DNA of 64,000 nucleotides from Mizuhopecten yessoensis (taxonomy: Eukaryota), in assembly GCF_002113885.1 (NCBI RefSeq), contig NW_018408372.1, positions 384,874 through 448,873 on the forward strand, read 5' to 3'. Positions 27,621 to 40,829 of this stretch are shown piece after piece. The notes below the pieces were generated by a model. That model worked only from the letters and a program-made list of their open reading frames with translations, was not told the DNA's origin and ran no database searches. Every line of letters begins with the position of its first letter. Within the stretch, counting starts at the first letter, position 1. The position numbers and the translations under genes were made by a program.

Positions 27621-30600
27621 TGATTTTAGATTATGATATTTGTTTTACTTATTGTATTGTTTGTTTAAATACAGTATCATTCTCGTAGAAAGGTCTTTTT
27701 TATTTTTTTGCAATAATATGTTCACAAGGATGATAAAGAATAATGTAGTAACACATATTGGATTTGAACAATGATAATGCACATAAACCACATCGCAGGG
27801 GCTTTATGGTTGAAATCAATCGCTAAAAGAGTGAAAATGTTTTCTGAACGTACTATAAAAGTAGTTAATTATTTGAAACAAACTTTTGAGATATTCGGGA
27901 ATAACAGTTCGCCCTTGAGTATTAATATGAACACAAACATGTTGTGGTTGAACAAATCAATAAACAAAAAAAACCGATGATAACTAGGTATTAATAAATG
28001 GAAACGGTATACCTCCTTGTGCAATTTTTTATTTTGATGGTCGGTTGGAGCAGAGGATAGCGCCCTCACCTATCACCAAGACAACAGGGTCTTAACCTTC
28101 TATTCGGATGTGAAAGGATTTTTGGTCTCTCACCCTACTATGAAGACGTTTGTTGAATACTCATATATAGACCCCATTCACCCAGCAAGCCGTGCCAACA
28201 AGATCGTTTAATATAAGTTGACATATCTTGTTTCGTTATAGTCGTAAAATAGAGATAGTTTGATTTAAAAATATTTTTTTAGATTATGTACCTTTAGTGT
28301 CAAGGTTCGGTAAATATGGCAAATCCCCTATAAAAAGGCCATATACTTCATGATCTTGCTATTTGCGAAATATTGATTCCATAATTCCATAAGTAACATT
28401 ATCAATTAAAATTTCGGGCGCACTTACTTAACGAAACATATAGTGTGTGGTCGAACATTTGTTGTAAGTTGAGATTTTGTTGCGTGCGAGACTAAACTTA
28501 TCTGCATTGTATGGATATTGTCGCAATTAATGCATTTAATTCAGATATCGCTTAATTCTTCATGATCATTTGTCGTCGAATACATTTTATGAGTCCATCT
28601 ATGATCGACAAAATAGTGTACACACGTGTACACATATAATGATATGAGTGTACTTAAAAGAAAGTAAATTCATTTTACGTGATTATACAATTTAGTAGTT
28701 TTCTAGAAGCTACACACGACAATGATTCAGCTCTGTGGTAAAATCGTTGAATAATGTGTACAAACATAAAATAATTTTCTAGTGACCACAATGCATATTT
28801 CATACGACCTCAGAGCCAACTGAAGAGTTAATCGAAATTTTGTCTCATAGATTTTACGATGAATTAAACATCAAATGTGCTTAAGTTAAAGCTTAAACGC
28901 AAGTGATACCAAGGTCTGATGAAAACAGTTGATGCTTTTATTGAAGGTGACTTAGTATCTAACAAAATGTTACCTATTTAATATTTGGGATGCTTTAAAT
29001 AACTGAATTCACATATTAAGTACTGTTGCCTGTTATGGTATATAATGTGTATAAGGATGTCACCACTGAGTCTAATAGAAAGACCTCAAGTTATTCTCAG
29101 AAACAAAGCTCTTCTGATAACAAATGACTCGGTTGTGCTGTGTTTCGACATGTTCAGGTTCTTTCAATCCTCTTTGCATTCCACAAATGCCTTCAACAAG
29201 TAATTTTATGTCATCACTCTGTATTCCTTGTCGCCGATTTGAACTTGATATGACCACAGTCTCCATGTCATCACCATACATGACATCGGCATGTTTATAT
29301 TTCCCTTTCATAGATGTGTAAAATGAGTAGTAACTAAAAGTTTGTTTTACCGACAACTTACGTTTGAGGCAATCAAATAATGGAAGGGGTTCATTTAACC
29401 ACGTGTACTTGGCCATAACACAGACTAATACCAACTGATTAAAAGATGTGTTAGATACCGCTTAATTATCCCTAGTTGCCATTTAATATATTATTTCGGT
29501 CAGTAGAATAAATCTGTGGCTGATTTCATATACCTGTACAGAGGATGTTTTTTTTTTATTTATCTCAACGTTTTAAATAGTTGATATCTTTTTCCCACTT
29601 AATTTGCCGGAAATGCTATATTTAATATTCCGTTGAAGCAATCTATAACTAGGCGTAAGCTAGGTGATTAAATATCCCTGTTATTTCTATGTATACATGA
29701 GCAAACTGATGAAATATTACTTCCTTAAACAAATGATGAGTTAACATTTACATAAACATAAAAGTCCTAGTACGTCTTCGGGCTTGACTTTACAACTAAA
29801 CACAACACGTTAACATTCACGTAATTGATAAACTTCTTTCTGTATATATTTATAGGGAAACAACAAATAATGTAGATAACAGTAAAGGTTTGTAGTGTAA
29901 ATTAACCCATAATTTGTTACAATAATATATAATTACAGCATACCTTTGGTGTTAATACATGTATAAAAATAACCCAATAAGCTTCCGTAAAGCTTATTTA
30001 TAATTTATAATATGTAAAGTTGTTTTCCTGTCCGGGGGGGGGGGGGGGGGNGATGATATTACGCAGAACGTCAATGATGATTGGGAAGTACGTTAGCTCT
30101 TTCTTAATAAGACTACAGCTTGTCAATGTTGGCACATCTACTGTCTAAACATGGTCTAAGGTATGATTTCACGGAGTTGATAAGAGTTTAAGGCGTATAT
30201 AATGGCTTTTAGACTAATACCACTGTCATATCCCAGCACAACACTGACACATGTATGTTATTGGCGAATCCTTAGTAAAAGTTGCTTTAGACAGTCTTTT
30301 ATACAGCTCTAAACAGCTTTATTGTCAATATGTCAAATATGTTTATTTCAGATGCAAAAGTAACTACAAAAAAAAATCGCAGAGATGTATGATAATTTGA
30401 AAACAAATGTACAGTACAATATTCAGTTAGATAGCGCTATAAAGCCGGCATCAGATCCGCGCCATCACAATGAGTCTAAGGCATCAACAAAACCAGTCTC
30501 CAGCACACGTACAGATAAGCAGGCATATATTATACACAATGAGCCACGTTCTTACTTAATTTACATTAGCTGTAAGTAACGTTAGAAAAATTAAAACTCA

Positions 30601-31869
30601 CTAAATTAAAATATGATATTGTACGGAACATTTCTTTTTTAAAATAGGACACATCCCTGCGGATTTTTGTATTGATACTACTGCTTCTGACATAAGCGTA
30701 TCGCAAGGAGATCAATATACCAACCTAACCTGTCTCCCGCAAAAACACACGTAGGCAAGCATACACAATACATATGGAGGCACGTCCTTAAATGACCGTA
30801 GCTGTTGATAGGACGTTAAACAAAACAAAATAAAACCAAACTAAAATAAATCAAGATCAATTATCTAAATAAAACAGATTGACCTTGGTTTCATGGCCTG
30901 AAAGAGTAAATAATAGTATCTACATCAATAGTATTACGTCTGCCAGGTAAAGGGCAATCAATCTCCCGAAATCACAAACGGTTAGCAGTTAGTGCGACAT
31001 TTCATGTTTTAAATAAGATAAAGGGCAGAAAGTGTCATTTGTAGAATAATTTAGATGCATTATGTACAATCAACAAAACGCAAAGGACAAGTTTTCAAGT
31101 GAGAGAATAAGTCTGTCACCTGGATCAACATATAACTTGACAAGTAAATTAACGACAGCATGGGGCATATTTATCTTAAAAGATAAGGACATTTGTAACT
31201 GACAGTGCACAAATATAATGTGAACAACGCAGTACGGAAAACGGACATTAACACATAAACAATTTCAATTCTATATCAAAAGGTAACACGATGCATAAAT
31301 AAAGTTCAGTTCAAAAAATACCCGTGGATTTAATACAAACATTATTAATATCACATTTCATGAATTTAATGAACTTGATTCAATAAGATGTTCAATGTAG
31401 GAGCCCAGGCCTAAACGTAAAACTTATATATGTTAAACGATATTAATTCAAGTTGACCTTAACCACTACTAAAACAAATGTTAATGTGCGTAAAAATATA
31501 AACTTCATTAGCATTTTTTAACTGATGCTGTTCCTGAATATCATTTAACCAGGTATGTGTAGAATCTGTCCAGGAAACAAATCGTTAAAGTCATATACAC
31601 TTACGATCAGGGCATTTTCAATACACTTAGATGGGGACAAAAGACACTAATCCTTCCAGATACCATAGTCGGATTAACCTTGTAATTTGTCCATCGTTGA
31701 TATGTAAAACACCCCTTTTTCATAAATTGTCCCAGTTTTATCTTTTCTTAGTTCCGTTTGATTTTGTGTTTATACTTAGGGTTTCCTGTTGCTTTTGCTA
31801 GTAAACAATCTTATTGTTATGACTTAAGAGACAACGTTATAACCTTATACAAAAGTTTCATGTGCAACT

Positions 31870-33582
31870 TACTTTTTTAATAACTTAGTCCTCTTCGTCC
31901 CGTATTGGGCATAAGACATTAAAAATGCGTCTCCATTTGTGTCTGTCGTTGGCAGCGTGTTGTGCCACGCCCCATGAAAACCCCTTTTCTTTCAACTCCA
32001 GTGTTATGATGCGTCTCCATGTTGTCTTTGGACGTCCATGCTTCCTTTTCCCGGGTGGTGTCCATTTCAGTGCCATTTTGGGGGGTCAAATTCTGAGGGA
32101 CGAGGCCTAGCCGTCTCATTCGGTGCTGCTTGATTTCAATGGTGGCGTCCTGGCTGTTGGTTCGTCTGTATATCTCATCATTGGAGATCTTCATTGGCAA
32201 GAAGATGCGTCAGACTCACCTAAGGCAAACATTGTGGAAGACACTGATATTCTTGGTTACTCTCCAGCACTCTGGGCCATACAGCCACACTGGCTTCACA
32301 AAGCTGGATACAAGTCTGAGCTTTGTTGAGGTGCTGTATTGGCTTGTTTGTCCTTTTGTGCTGCATTGTCACTGGCCTGTTTGAGAGGGGCATCGTTTAA
32401 AGAGATGGAGGTTTCTGCCGTACTGTTGGCGCTTAAGACTTAAGCCTTTTGTCTTGGATGAGCTGATGGTAAGGCCAACCTTGTTGGCAAAGTTGCTCAA
32501 CCTATCGTCTTTCTGCTGAATGTGAGTTGGCTTGGTGGACAGCACAACAGGGCCAACAGCGAAGTCGATGTCTTCAATCTGGTAGAATGGGGTTCACTGG
32601 ATGCCTCTAGGCCTGTCGCAGGTGTTCTTCATCACCCAGTCGATGGCAACCAGGAAGCAAATTGGGAAGATGATACATCCCTGTTGCACGCCAGACCTCA
32701 CAAGAAACCATTCCGACAATTGTCTCTCGACTATGACACTGCATTTAAATTTCTGGTAGAAGAGTCATTGATACCGTTGTTGTCTAGGATATTCCATAGG
32801 GACTCTCGATGCACATTATCGAATGCTTTCTGGAAGTCGATAAAGTTGATGTACAAAGGGGTGTTCCACTCTATGCATTGGACTATGATGTTCATCAATG
32901 TGAAGACGTGGTCAATGCACGCTCTACCTTTTTCTGAAGCCAACCTGTTCCTGCCTTAGTGTGCTGTCTATGGCTTTTTTTAATTCTCTGCAAAAGACTT
33001 TGGAACTGAGAGGAGCGTTATGCCTCGCCAGTTGTCGCAGTTCTGAAAGTCACCTTTCTTGGGCAGATTGATAATCAGTACTTTTGTCTAAATCATCAGG
33101 GACAATTTTCTCTTCCCAGATGTCCTTGAAGAGGTCATACAGCACTTTACTTGAAGTGTCAACGTCTGTCTTCAGCATGTCTGCGTGGATGGAGTCGTGA
33201 CCTGCTGCTTTCCCGTAAGCCCTCATTTTGATGGCAGCTCTGACTTCAGCCTCGGTTGGCGGGCATGTATCGATTTCAATTAGTTCGGTGGCAGTTGGTG
33301 AATCAGGTGGGTCAGTTTTGTCCGTTCGGTTCAATACCTCCTGGAAGTGCTTGTCTTTGACTCGCATGGATCGGTTTGATGATGTACCAGTTAATCTTGT
33401 ACACCACCCTCATTTCTCCTCTTTGTGCTGCCTGCTCCGGCTCGCTTGTCATTCCTGGCACTTTTCTTGACCTCCTTGTCCTTAGCTTTGTATGCTTCCT
33501 TGGTTCTCGTGCGAAGTCTTTGGGACTTGGTGTCCAGCATATTACCTTTCAGGACCTTTCGCTCTTCTATCTCCGCCATTTA
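31870..33582 (-). mobile_element. 5'-truncated, degenerate RTE-clade non-LTR retrotransposon (reverse transcriptase pseudogene)
   Basis: Frameshifted fragments: HFQEVLNR...PPTEAEVRAAIKM..GKAAGHDSIHADMLK; GRACIDHVFTL..IIVQCIEWNTPLYINFIDFQKAFDNVHRESLW; GVQQG. RTE-type C-terminus ALKWTPPGKRKHGRPKTTWRR...LCPIRDEED* followed by a short taag-type tail. Confidence 0.92.
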
Positions 33583-34576
33583 CAGATATTATTCACCCTT
33601 TTTCTGGGTGTTTTCCTGTACCACTTACATGTACAACTTAAGAAACTAACATTGTTAACCGATAAATGTTGTCTGAAGTTTAGCTGTCGCTTATTTTCGT
33701 AATGAGGTCCAATTTATAATACAGCAAACATTTTTAAACAATATCATATGCAAAGATATTAAATGCTTAAGACGAATTGAATATTAGGCGAACATATATT
33801 TTACCGTCCAAAATTTGACTGGGCGAAATATTCCCGGATACAGTAATTTTTAATGACCTTTACCTGCAATTTTATTATGTCTGCTCTTCAATGGTAACAC
33901 ATGGGTGCGTGAACAGAGTTGCTTCCCCTTGCTACACGTTGCCTTTATTTTTTTCGTCCGGAAGTAGACGTCCAGTGGGGAAACCGGAAGAGTATCCTTG
34001 AAGCAAAGACATTTGTGTTTCAACCGTACATGAACATCTTCATATAGTGAAAACAATCTTCATGTTTTATAATATCTTAATTATTTTAGATAAAACCTAA
34101 TATAAATTCAGAGTGAAAAAGTCTATCACATAAAATGTGATACTAACAGGCATGCAACTTCGTTCAGAGATTATCATACTATGACCTCATAAACACGTCA
34201 CATTCCATCGGCGTTCATCGGTTATTTCCGGAAGGATGAAAAACGACATCTAAAATTTCATCAGCTTTTAATTTTAATTTGTCGTGAATATGAACGAAAT
34301 TATAAACATTTGTGAAAGTCTGGTTACCACTCAGTAAAAAAACAATGGATAATGCATTTATGTCAAATCAACAATAATTTTCCAGACAAACAACCCGAGT
34401 TCAAAACCCTTTTTAGCAACGTATTCCTTTTTTCACAACGCATGCCGATTTATAACTAGTAACAGGAAGAAAATGTTTAATTTCATTTTGAGACTTCATG
34501 TCGAAAAAACGACAATCTCAGCTACATCAAAGTATTACAATGTTTTCTTTTAATTTAATAAAAAAAAATAACTAAC

Positions 34577-34889
34577 GACGCCGGGCTCGTGACCGAAGGC
34601 TGTGGGTTAGAGTCACGGCAGGACACTGTGTTATATCTTTAAGCAAGATACTTTACTCCGCTTGTTCCAATCAACTCAGCTGTAAATGAGTACGTGGTTG
34701 GGCCCTGCTAGAATTGTTGAATGGCAGCTCCGACTGTATGCTCCCCAGGGAGTTGAGAAAAATATTGGCTGGTTGCAAAGGCGCCTATAACCACGGATAG
34801 TAATTTGTGAACCGCTTTGAGACGACCCACTAACTAGGTTGTGATAAAGCGTAATAGCAGAACCTCGAATTATTGTTATTATTATTATT
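34577..34889 (+). mobile_element. tRNA-derived SINE with CORE-like body, copy 3
   Basis: Co-linear with 6680-7001 (gacgccgggctcgtgaccgaagg...aagatactttactccgcttgttcc...(att)n). Confidence 0.85.
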
Positions 34890-35232
34890 GTACATTTACT
34901 AATCGTCAAATATGATATAAGCACTTTTTCTATAGCAATGACCAATAAGGTTGTTTTTCCTAACTGATCTCAATCATTCTTTTTGTGTCCTGACGGAAGC
35001 ACGCAGTGGATTTATTATCAGGAGAAAACCCGCGTTTCTGGAAGGTGACCGGGAATGAATCCGGCCAACTTGGTGAAGACGAGCGCACTATCCACCCGAC
35101 CCATCATAAACGTTACGCACAAAAACAAATATCTACTTTAGCCTTGACTAGTAGAAAATGGCGTCGTTGATGCAAACAGATATATTGTGAATACATTTTT
35201 ATCAATCATCAATGATAAAAAAAATCTACATA

Positions 35233-35376
35233 CGGGAGACCGGGGCAAGTTCGGCCACCCCCGATATTTTTGTTTTTGAGCTTATATTTACAACGTCAAG
35301 GATCGTAGCACTTTAGTTGGCCGGGCATTCACACAAAAAAAATAACGAGGAAAACTCGTATGTATCCGGTCTCCCC
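35233..35376. mobile_element. 144-bp MITE of the Tc1/mariner-pogo type
   Basis: Terminal inverted repeats gggagaccgg (35234-35243) / ccggtctccc (35366-35375), with TA flanking the element on both sides. Confidence 0.65.
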
Positions 35377-36684
35377 TATTGTTATGTCGGTCTTAATCTC
35401 ATTAGAGTTAGTGTTTTATTGTTATTCCTCGACTTGCCGACTTTAAATAAAGTTAATCTTATCTGAAAATCTCATTCTGAAAGCAATATTCTGAATCAGT
35501 AAATATCAGAGACCAACAAAAGCTTCGCTCTGTTAAGGCTTTCCTTTTTCATATTATATGTTATGTCTAATTTATGAAAACGTCAGTGGTAACGATGCAT
35601 AAGATACTTCCTGTCTAAATCATGTTATCAGTTACATCACAATAAACAAACATCCTGTATTCTTTGTGACACCTTAAAGGTGATACATGTTTTATATATA
35701 AATCGAACTTTGTACATTTAAACTGAAATGATGGTGTCTCATCAGATAGTTTGATCAAATTATTATTTCAACATAATAATAAGCTGATGAGTGGATACTA
35801 TTTACACAGTGTCTTCTATTATAAGAAACATATAATCAATGTCTTTGTTCAACATGCGTTAATACCATCACACACACGTGTTTAATGTATATATCAATAG
35901 GCGGGGCACTAAATCGTATTATGACAAGTCTGATATCTTTATTACACATGTATGACGCGTGTGTTAGATCGTAAATAATTTCCTTTGTTTTAAAATATTG
36001 GCGTCATTTGTTAAAGTATAATTAATTAATTAATTACAATTTGAACGGATATTCATATTAATAACGTATAGTAAACATCGCGAATGTGGCTGACGGTATA
36101 CAGGAACGAATTCACTTCGGGGAACAAGTTATAATACGAAACGTCTGTTTTTGAATGAATACGTCAAAATGCATATTTTCTTTTCTCTCAAAATTTCAAT
36201 CTTTCAAAGCCATTCAAATATAAGATAATAATATCATTCAAATGCCTTCGTTCAGTTGCCTATTGACATTTTAAACACCTTAATCGGCAATACCGATATC
36301 ATAAAAAAAATTGAGACGACGCGAATGAAGAAAATTACAGAACGCATACGAGTTTAAAAAAGGAGAAATATGTCTAAATAGAAAATTGACTTACTCAAAC
36401 AAATGTGTGAAAAGTTGACAGGATTTCCGTATTTTCCATTAAAAGAATAGTAAAATCGTAATCAAAATAAATCTGTAGGTATCGTTTAGATAAACGTTCA
36501 GAAGTAAGAACGTCATCGTAATGGAACACCTTTCTTTTCCCCGAATCCATATTTACGCCAACCTTGCTAATATACATTAAAGCATCGACTTAACCAGTTT
36601 GAAATAAAGCAAGAAAGTAGAATGGATTGAATTCACCCATTAAAAAACGAAAGTCTTGTGTCTAACGTACTAATTACTAAAAAC

Positions 36685-37168
36685 ATGGCTTCAATGCTTT
36701 TCTCAACTCATTACTGTTGTCTGGCAGTAATATTTTGGTCAGAGTTAAAAGAAACGACAATTATGATTGTTTTAAACTATTTTCAACATGTATATGTATG
36801 AAGGAATTCGGGTTATAACTATTTACATAAAATCCGGATCCCACGTTTCAACGTTCAAATTCAGAAATCATGTTTATCGACTTTCACCGTTCTGGAATGA
36901 AGATTTGAATTGATGTCTTAAATACTAATTGAAGTACATTACAGTACCAGAAGGGAGAAAAATGTCATGGTAATATGCGGGGTTTATGTTTCGTTTATTT
37001 TTCAGCCAGGATGAAGCAAAAATGAAAACCAAGTGTAAGCGCTGTAGATATTCACCGAGAAGTATATTCCCTGTATATACCTACTTGAGAGACATTGTTA
37101 ACAGTTGCCACCAGACTTGTATACGGTGGTATGCAGACGTGATACAGTGCATAGACCGTGAAGTGTGA
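36685..37168 (+). CDS. Candidate small Cys-rich peptide or pseudogene (71 aa)
   Basis: 36685-36737 (MASMLFSTHYCCLAVIF, weak donor gtcaga) joins in phase 2 to a good acceptor at 37006: CQDEAKMKTKCKRCRYSPRS...NSCHQTCIRWYADVIQCIDREV*. Cys-rich coding-like sequence continues in another frame. Confidence 0.3.
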
Positions 37169-39299
37169 AGTGTTCGCTAACGAGATGTGCCTATTTCGTG
37201 TTCTGCTGTCATGTCCTGCTCCTATAACGACTCCTGTGGTAACACACCGTGTGCCTGGTATATTGAGGTCAAGTGTTATTTATGCTAATTCGGTACTGAA
37301 ATAAGTGCAACCGACCGTGACACGTGAGACTGACCACAACACACGATCGCAATATTGTTATCAATCTATTTACATGATATATTTATAGACTGCTGAAGAT
37401 CGCAAAATCTGTATAAATATTTCTAATGAATACTTCTGAATACTGGTTTATTTTCATTTTCATTTCATTTATTTCATTTATTTCACACCAGAACAAAGTG
37501 AATTCACATCAGACACTATGTTTTACCTAGGGTCGCCCTCAAATGAACAAAATCGTTAGAATTATTTTAAGACACTGTTGAAAATCAGAACAAGTTTCTC
37601 CAGGCAGACAATCTATAACCCGGCCTAACGAACATGCATGGGTACAATGGTATAATGCAGAAATATATAGATGTCAAGGCTGACCGGAGCAAGAATGTTT
37701 TCATTGTAAATAGTATATGCAGGTACTTCTAAATCATGTTAAAATATAAACTAAAATTTGAATTAAGGAGCAAGGTATGCCAATTGTAGGAATAATAAAT
37801 TAGGTGGCGTATAGCTCAAATTGTCTTGGTGGCTATGTGTACAAAGCTACAAGTAATATTGTGGTTTTTTTTCTAAGGTTTAAATTGGATTTTGTTCTCA
37901 CAGCATCTTTCAAGAGGGATGCCGTGGTGGGTGTGCCCCGGGTGCATCCCTCTTACATCATCTAACCTCACACAGGTGGCCTCTTTCCCTTCATTCACTT
38001 TTCTCTTTCATTTCTTCTCTCAAACTACCAATCATTCACTCTTTCATTCTTATTCATTCCAATAATAATAATAATAATATTTGATTTGATCAAAATGGGA
38101 TATTAAATTACAGAAATCATCCCTTCTATTCATATTCAACTATTAACGTACATTCATATTTACAAATTCATGTATGTGTTAGAAATCATGTTTGATTGAT
38201 TTGGGATTGCTACATTTCCCTCAAGTCTTGACCTGAAAAACCGAATGCATTTTACTGAAAGTAATAGTGTTATTGCTTTACTATAATAGTGTCAATGTAA
38301 GAATGATTTATTTCACACAGCTAAGTATCCTTTCTCCAAGGTCGTTAAGCGACGAAAAACCATTCGTTAGGCGGTGACATTCACACTTGCCCAGGACAAT
38401 GTACTATCCGAAACGTCTATTTAATATCCGTACCGGTCAAGTGTTACGCCTAAGTGATCGTAGACGACATACAACATATGAATTACTCTGAAGTAACTGA
38501 GTCAGCATGTATTATTATGATGCAAACTGTATTACAATGTGATACGAGACCTGAACCCTGTATAATCCCAATATGTATCTCTTTACATCTATCAACACCA
38601 CATGCTTTTGTTAACTCAGGTACAATGACACTACAAATTGAAATTGCAGTATCTGTATCATACTTTGTCCTTTGATTCATTCAAAGATTTTTTTTAACAA
38701 ATGAACAAATGTTTTTCTCTAAATCAACGCATGTAAGGTCGTAACAACATATAAATACTTAATATTTTGCTGGTCCGGTCGTCAATGCACCGCTTCCCAT
38801 TAACTGATACTAATTGGTATTTGGTTTATGGGGTCTAATCACACAAATATTACAAAAATACCGTAAATGAGGCTTCAAGTGGGAAAACTTATCTTAATGA
38901 AGCGTTTATAACCCGCAGGTTTTACAGTGATATACGCTCAACACGCCTATTTAATGAAACGGATTTTTCCTCAAACTCCAGACTCGTTTAAAAAATACAA
39001 TAGCAAACAAAAGCAAAATATTTTTATAGAAGTTCTAAAATCGAACTTATGTAAGACAACTGGTTCATACTACCGCTTTCATATCGTCTATGTGGAGTCG
39101 TCACATGGCTGTATAAATCATAATAGTGTAGGGTATATCAATGAAATATAAAGTAAAGATATCAAGTTTTATTTCAGTTGAAAGATTCGAGTACTAACAT
39201 TGTTGGCTATCCAGATACTTACAAGTGACAACTACATGAACCTGACGTTGGTAATTAACCTTGTACTCATTGCGTATAATAGTTTTGTATGCCGCAGGC

Positions 39300-39580
39300 A
39301 CTGAAGGGGCAGAACTATTATTAAATCAAGGTACATACATAAAGAAGGCAAGGATCTCACTTAGGGGGCAGAACTATTATTAAATCAAGGTACAGACATA
39401 AAGAAGGCAATGATCTCACTGAGGTGGCAGAACTATTATTAGATCAAGGTCCAGACATAAAGAAGGCAATGATCTCACTGAGGGGGCAGAACTATAATTA
39501 GATCAAGGTACAGACATAAAGAAGGCAATCATCTCACTGAGGGGGCAGAACTATTATTAAATCAAGGTACAGACATAAAG
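39300..39580. repeat. 59-bp minisatellite, about 4.7 copies
   Basis: ctgagggggcagaactattattaaatcaaggtacagacataaagaaggcaatgatctca at 39301, 39360, 39419, 39478 and 39537. Confidence 0.95.
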
Positions 39581-40829
39581 GAATAGACAGGGACCTACTA
39601 GAAAAGGGCATGAGCATGTTTAAAAAGGAAGAAAAGGCTTCTCAGAGTTAATGACATGCTTAAAGGGCGGAGGGAAATTGTTTGTATGCGACAGTGTTGG
39701 AAGAGGAGAAGGTACAATTTGAAATAAGATTTTTGGAGCTTCACCTTTCTATGTTGTCATTTTGCATTGTCCAAGCTATGAATGTTTGTTGAAATTGTAC
39801 TTCAAAGTTGCCCTTGATTTGCCCCATCGTCTGTAGATATCGTCTTCACTGAAAGTTAGCGTTTGCGGAAACTCAAGGCAGTCAGGCAATAAACAAGTAA
39901 ATATTTTCTTACAAAAGCTGGCTTTGGTGTAATTTTTCTGACAAGTTAAATGCTGAGGTTGAAAATGAATTGTGAGATTTGTCAAAGATTTCAGCGAATG
40001 CATCACATTGAGTAAAATTAATGTGTCTAGCAACATCACGATATGCTTCAAGCCCACAGAAACAAGTTAGTCTGTTAAGAGCCTGCGGGTTTCCGCTTTA
40101 ATTTAAAAAAAAAAACATTGTTTATATTTCTCTGCGTCAGAATGTTTCAGAACACTAACCTCACTATATTTCTTTCCCCACATTCATCTGAACGTCAACC
40201 GAATTATGTAACATTACTTCTGGGTAAAACAATAATACAGCCTGAGGTATCCAACAATCCACGTATGAAATTACATTTATAAAAAAACGCTGCTTCTTCA
40301 ATGCTATTTTCCCCGTCATTCCCTTTTTTTTCAATTTAACATAACACAACAAGTCGCAGCTATTAACGTTTTAGAGGATTAATTGATCGCTTCCATTCAC
40401 CAATTACCTTGACGTGTTTATTTTCCAAGCAAATAGAGGCAAAAACAGCAGTTTCTTAGTTATAAATATTGTTTGAGGCTACCTCATTCTATGTCACGAA
40501 CTGCAATTTCAGTATTGATTTTGTGACTGAAGATATCTTTTAAGTTTCTTGTAATTAACCTGTGCAGGCGATTTTTTTTTGGGGGGAAAACACTCCTAAC
40601 ATTTCGCATAAATACACATTTACCACAGGTGCATATTACTAATGGGTAAGATCTATCTTACTAATGCTACAATAAACACAGCATTACTTCATACTTGACC
40701 GAGGTCGCATGCTATTTCCTGTCGTATATATTTCACCGTGTGTATTATACGGTCATGGTACGTACGTGACTATTCTCTCATTCTTCGTCTGTCCGTCTGC
40801 GACCAAGCACTGACCATCCGCTCTCAGCC

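Noticed and set aside
30034-30051. Poly-G run with an N (possible G-quadruplex)
   Set aside because: It adjoins an ambiguous base, so the length is unreliable and may be a sequencing or assembly artefact.
33850-34060. THAP-domain-like remnant (minus strand YG*NTN...LFRFP)
   Set aside because: Too short and interrupted by stops to support a call.
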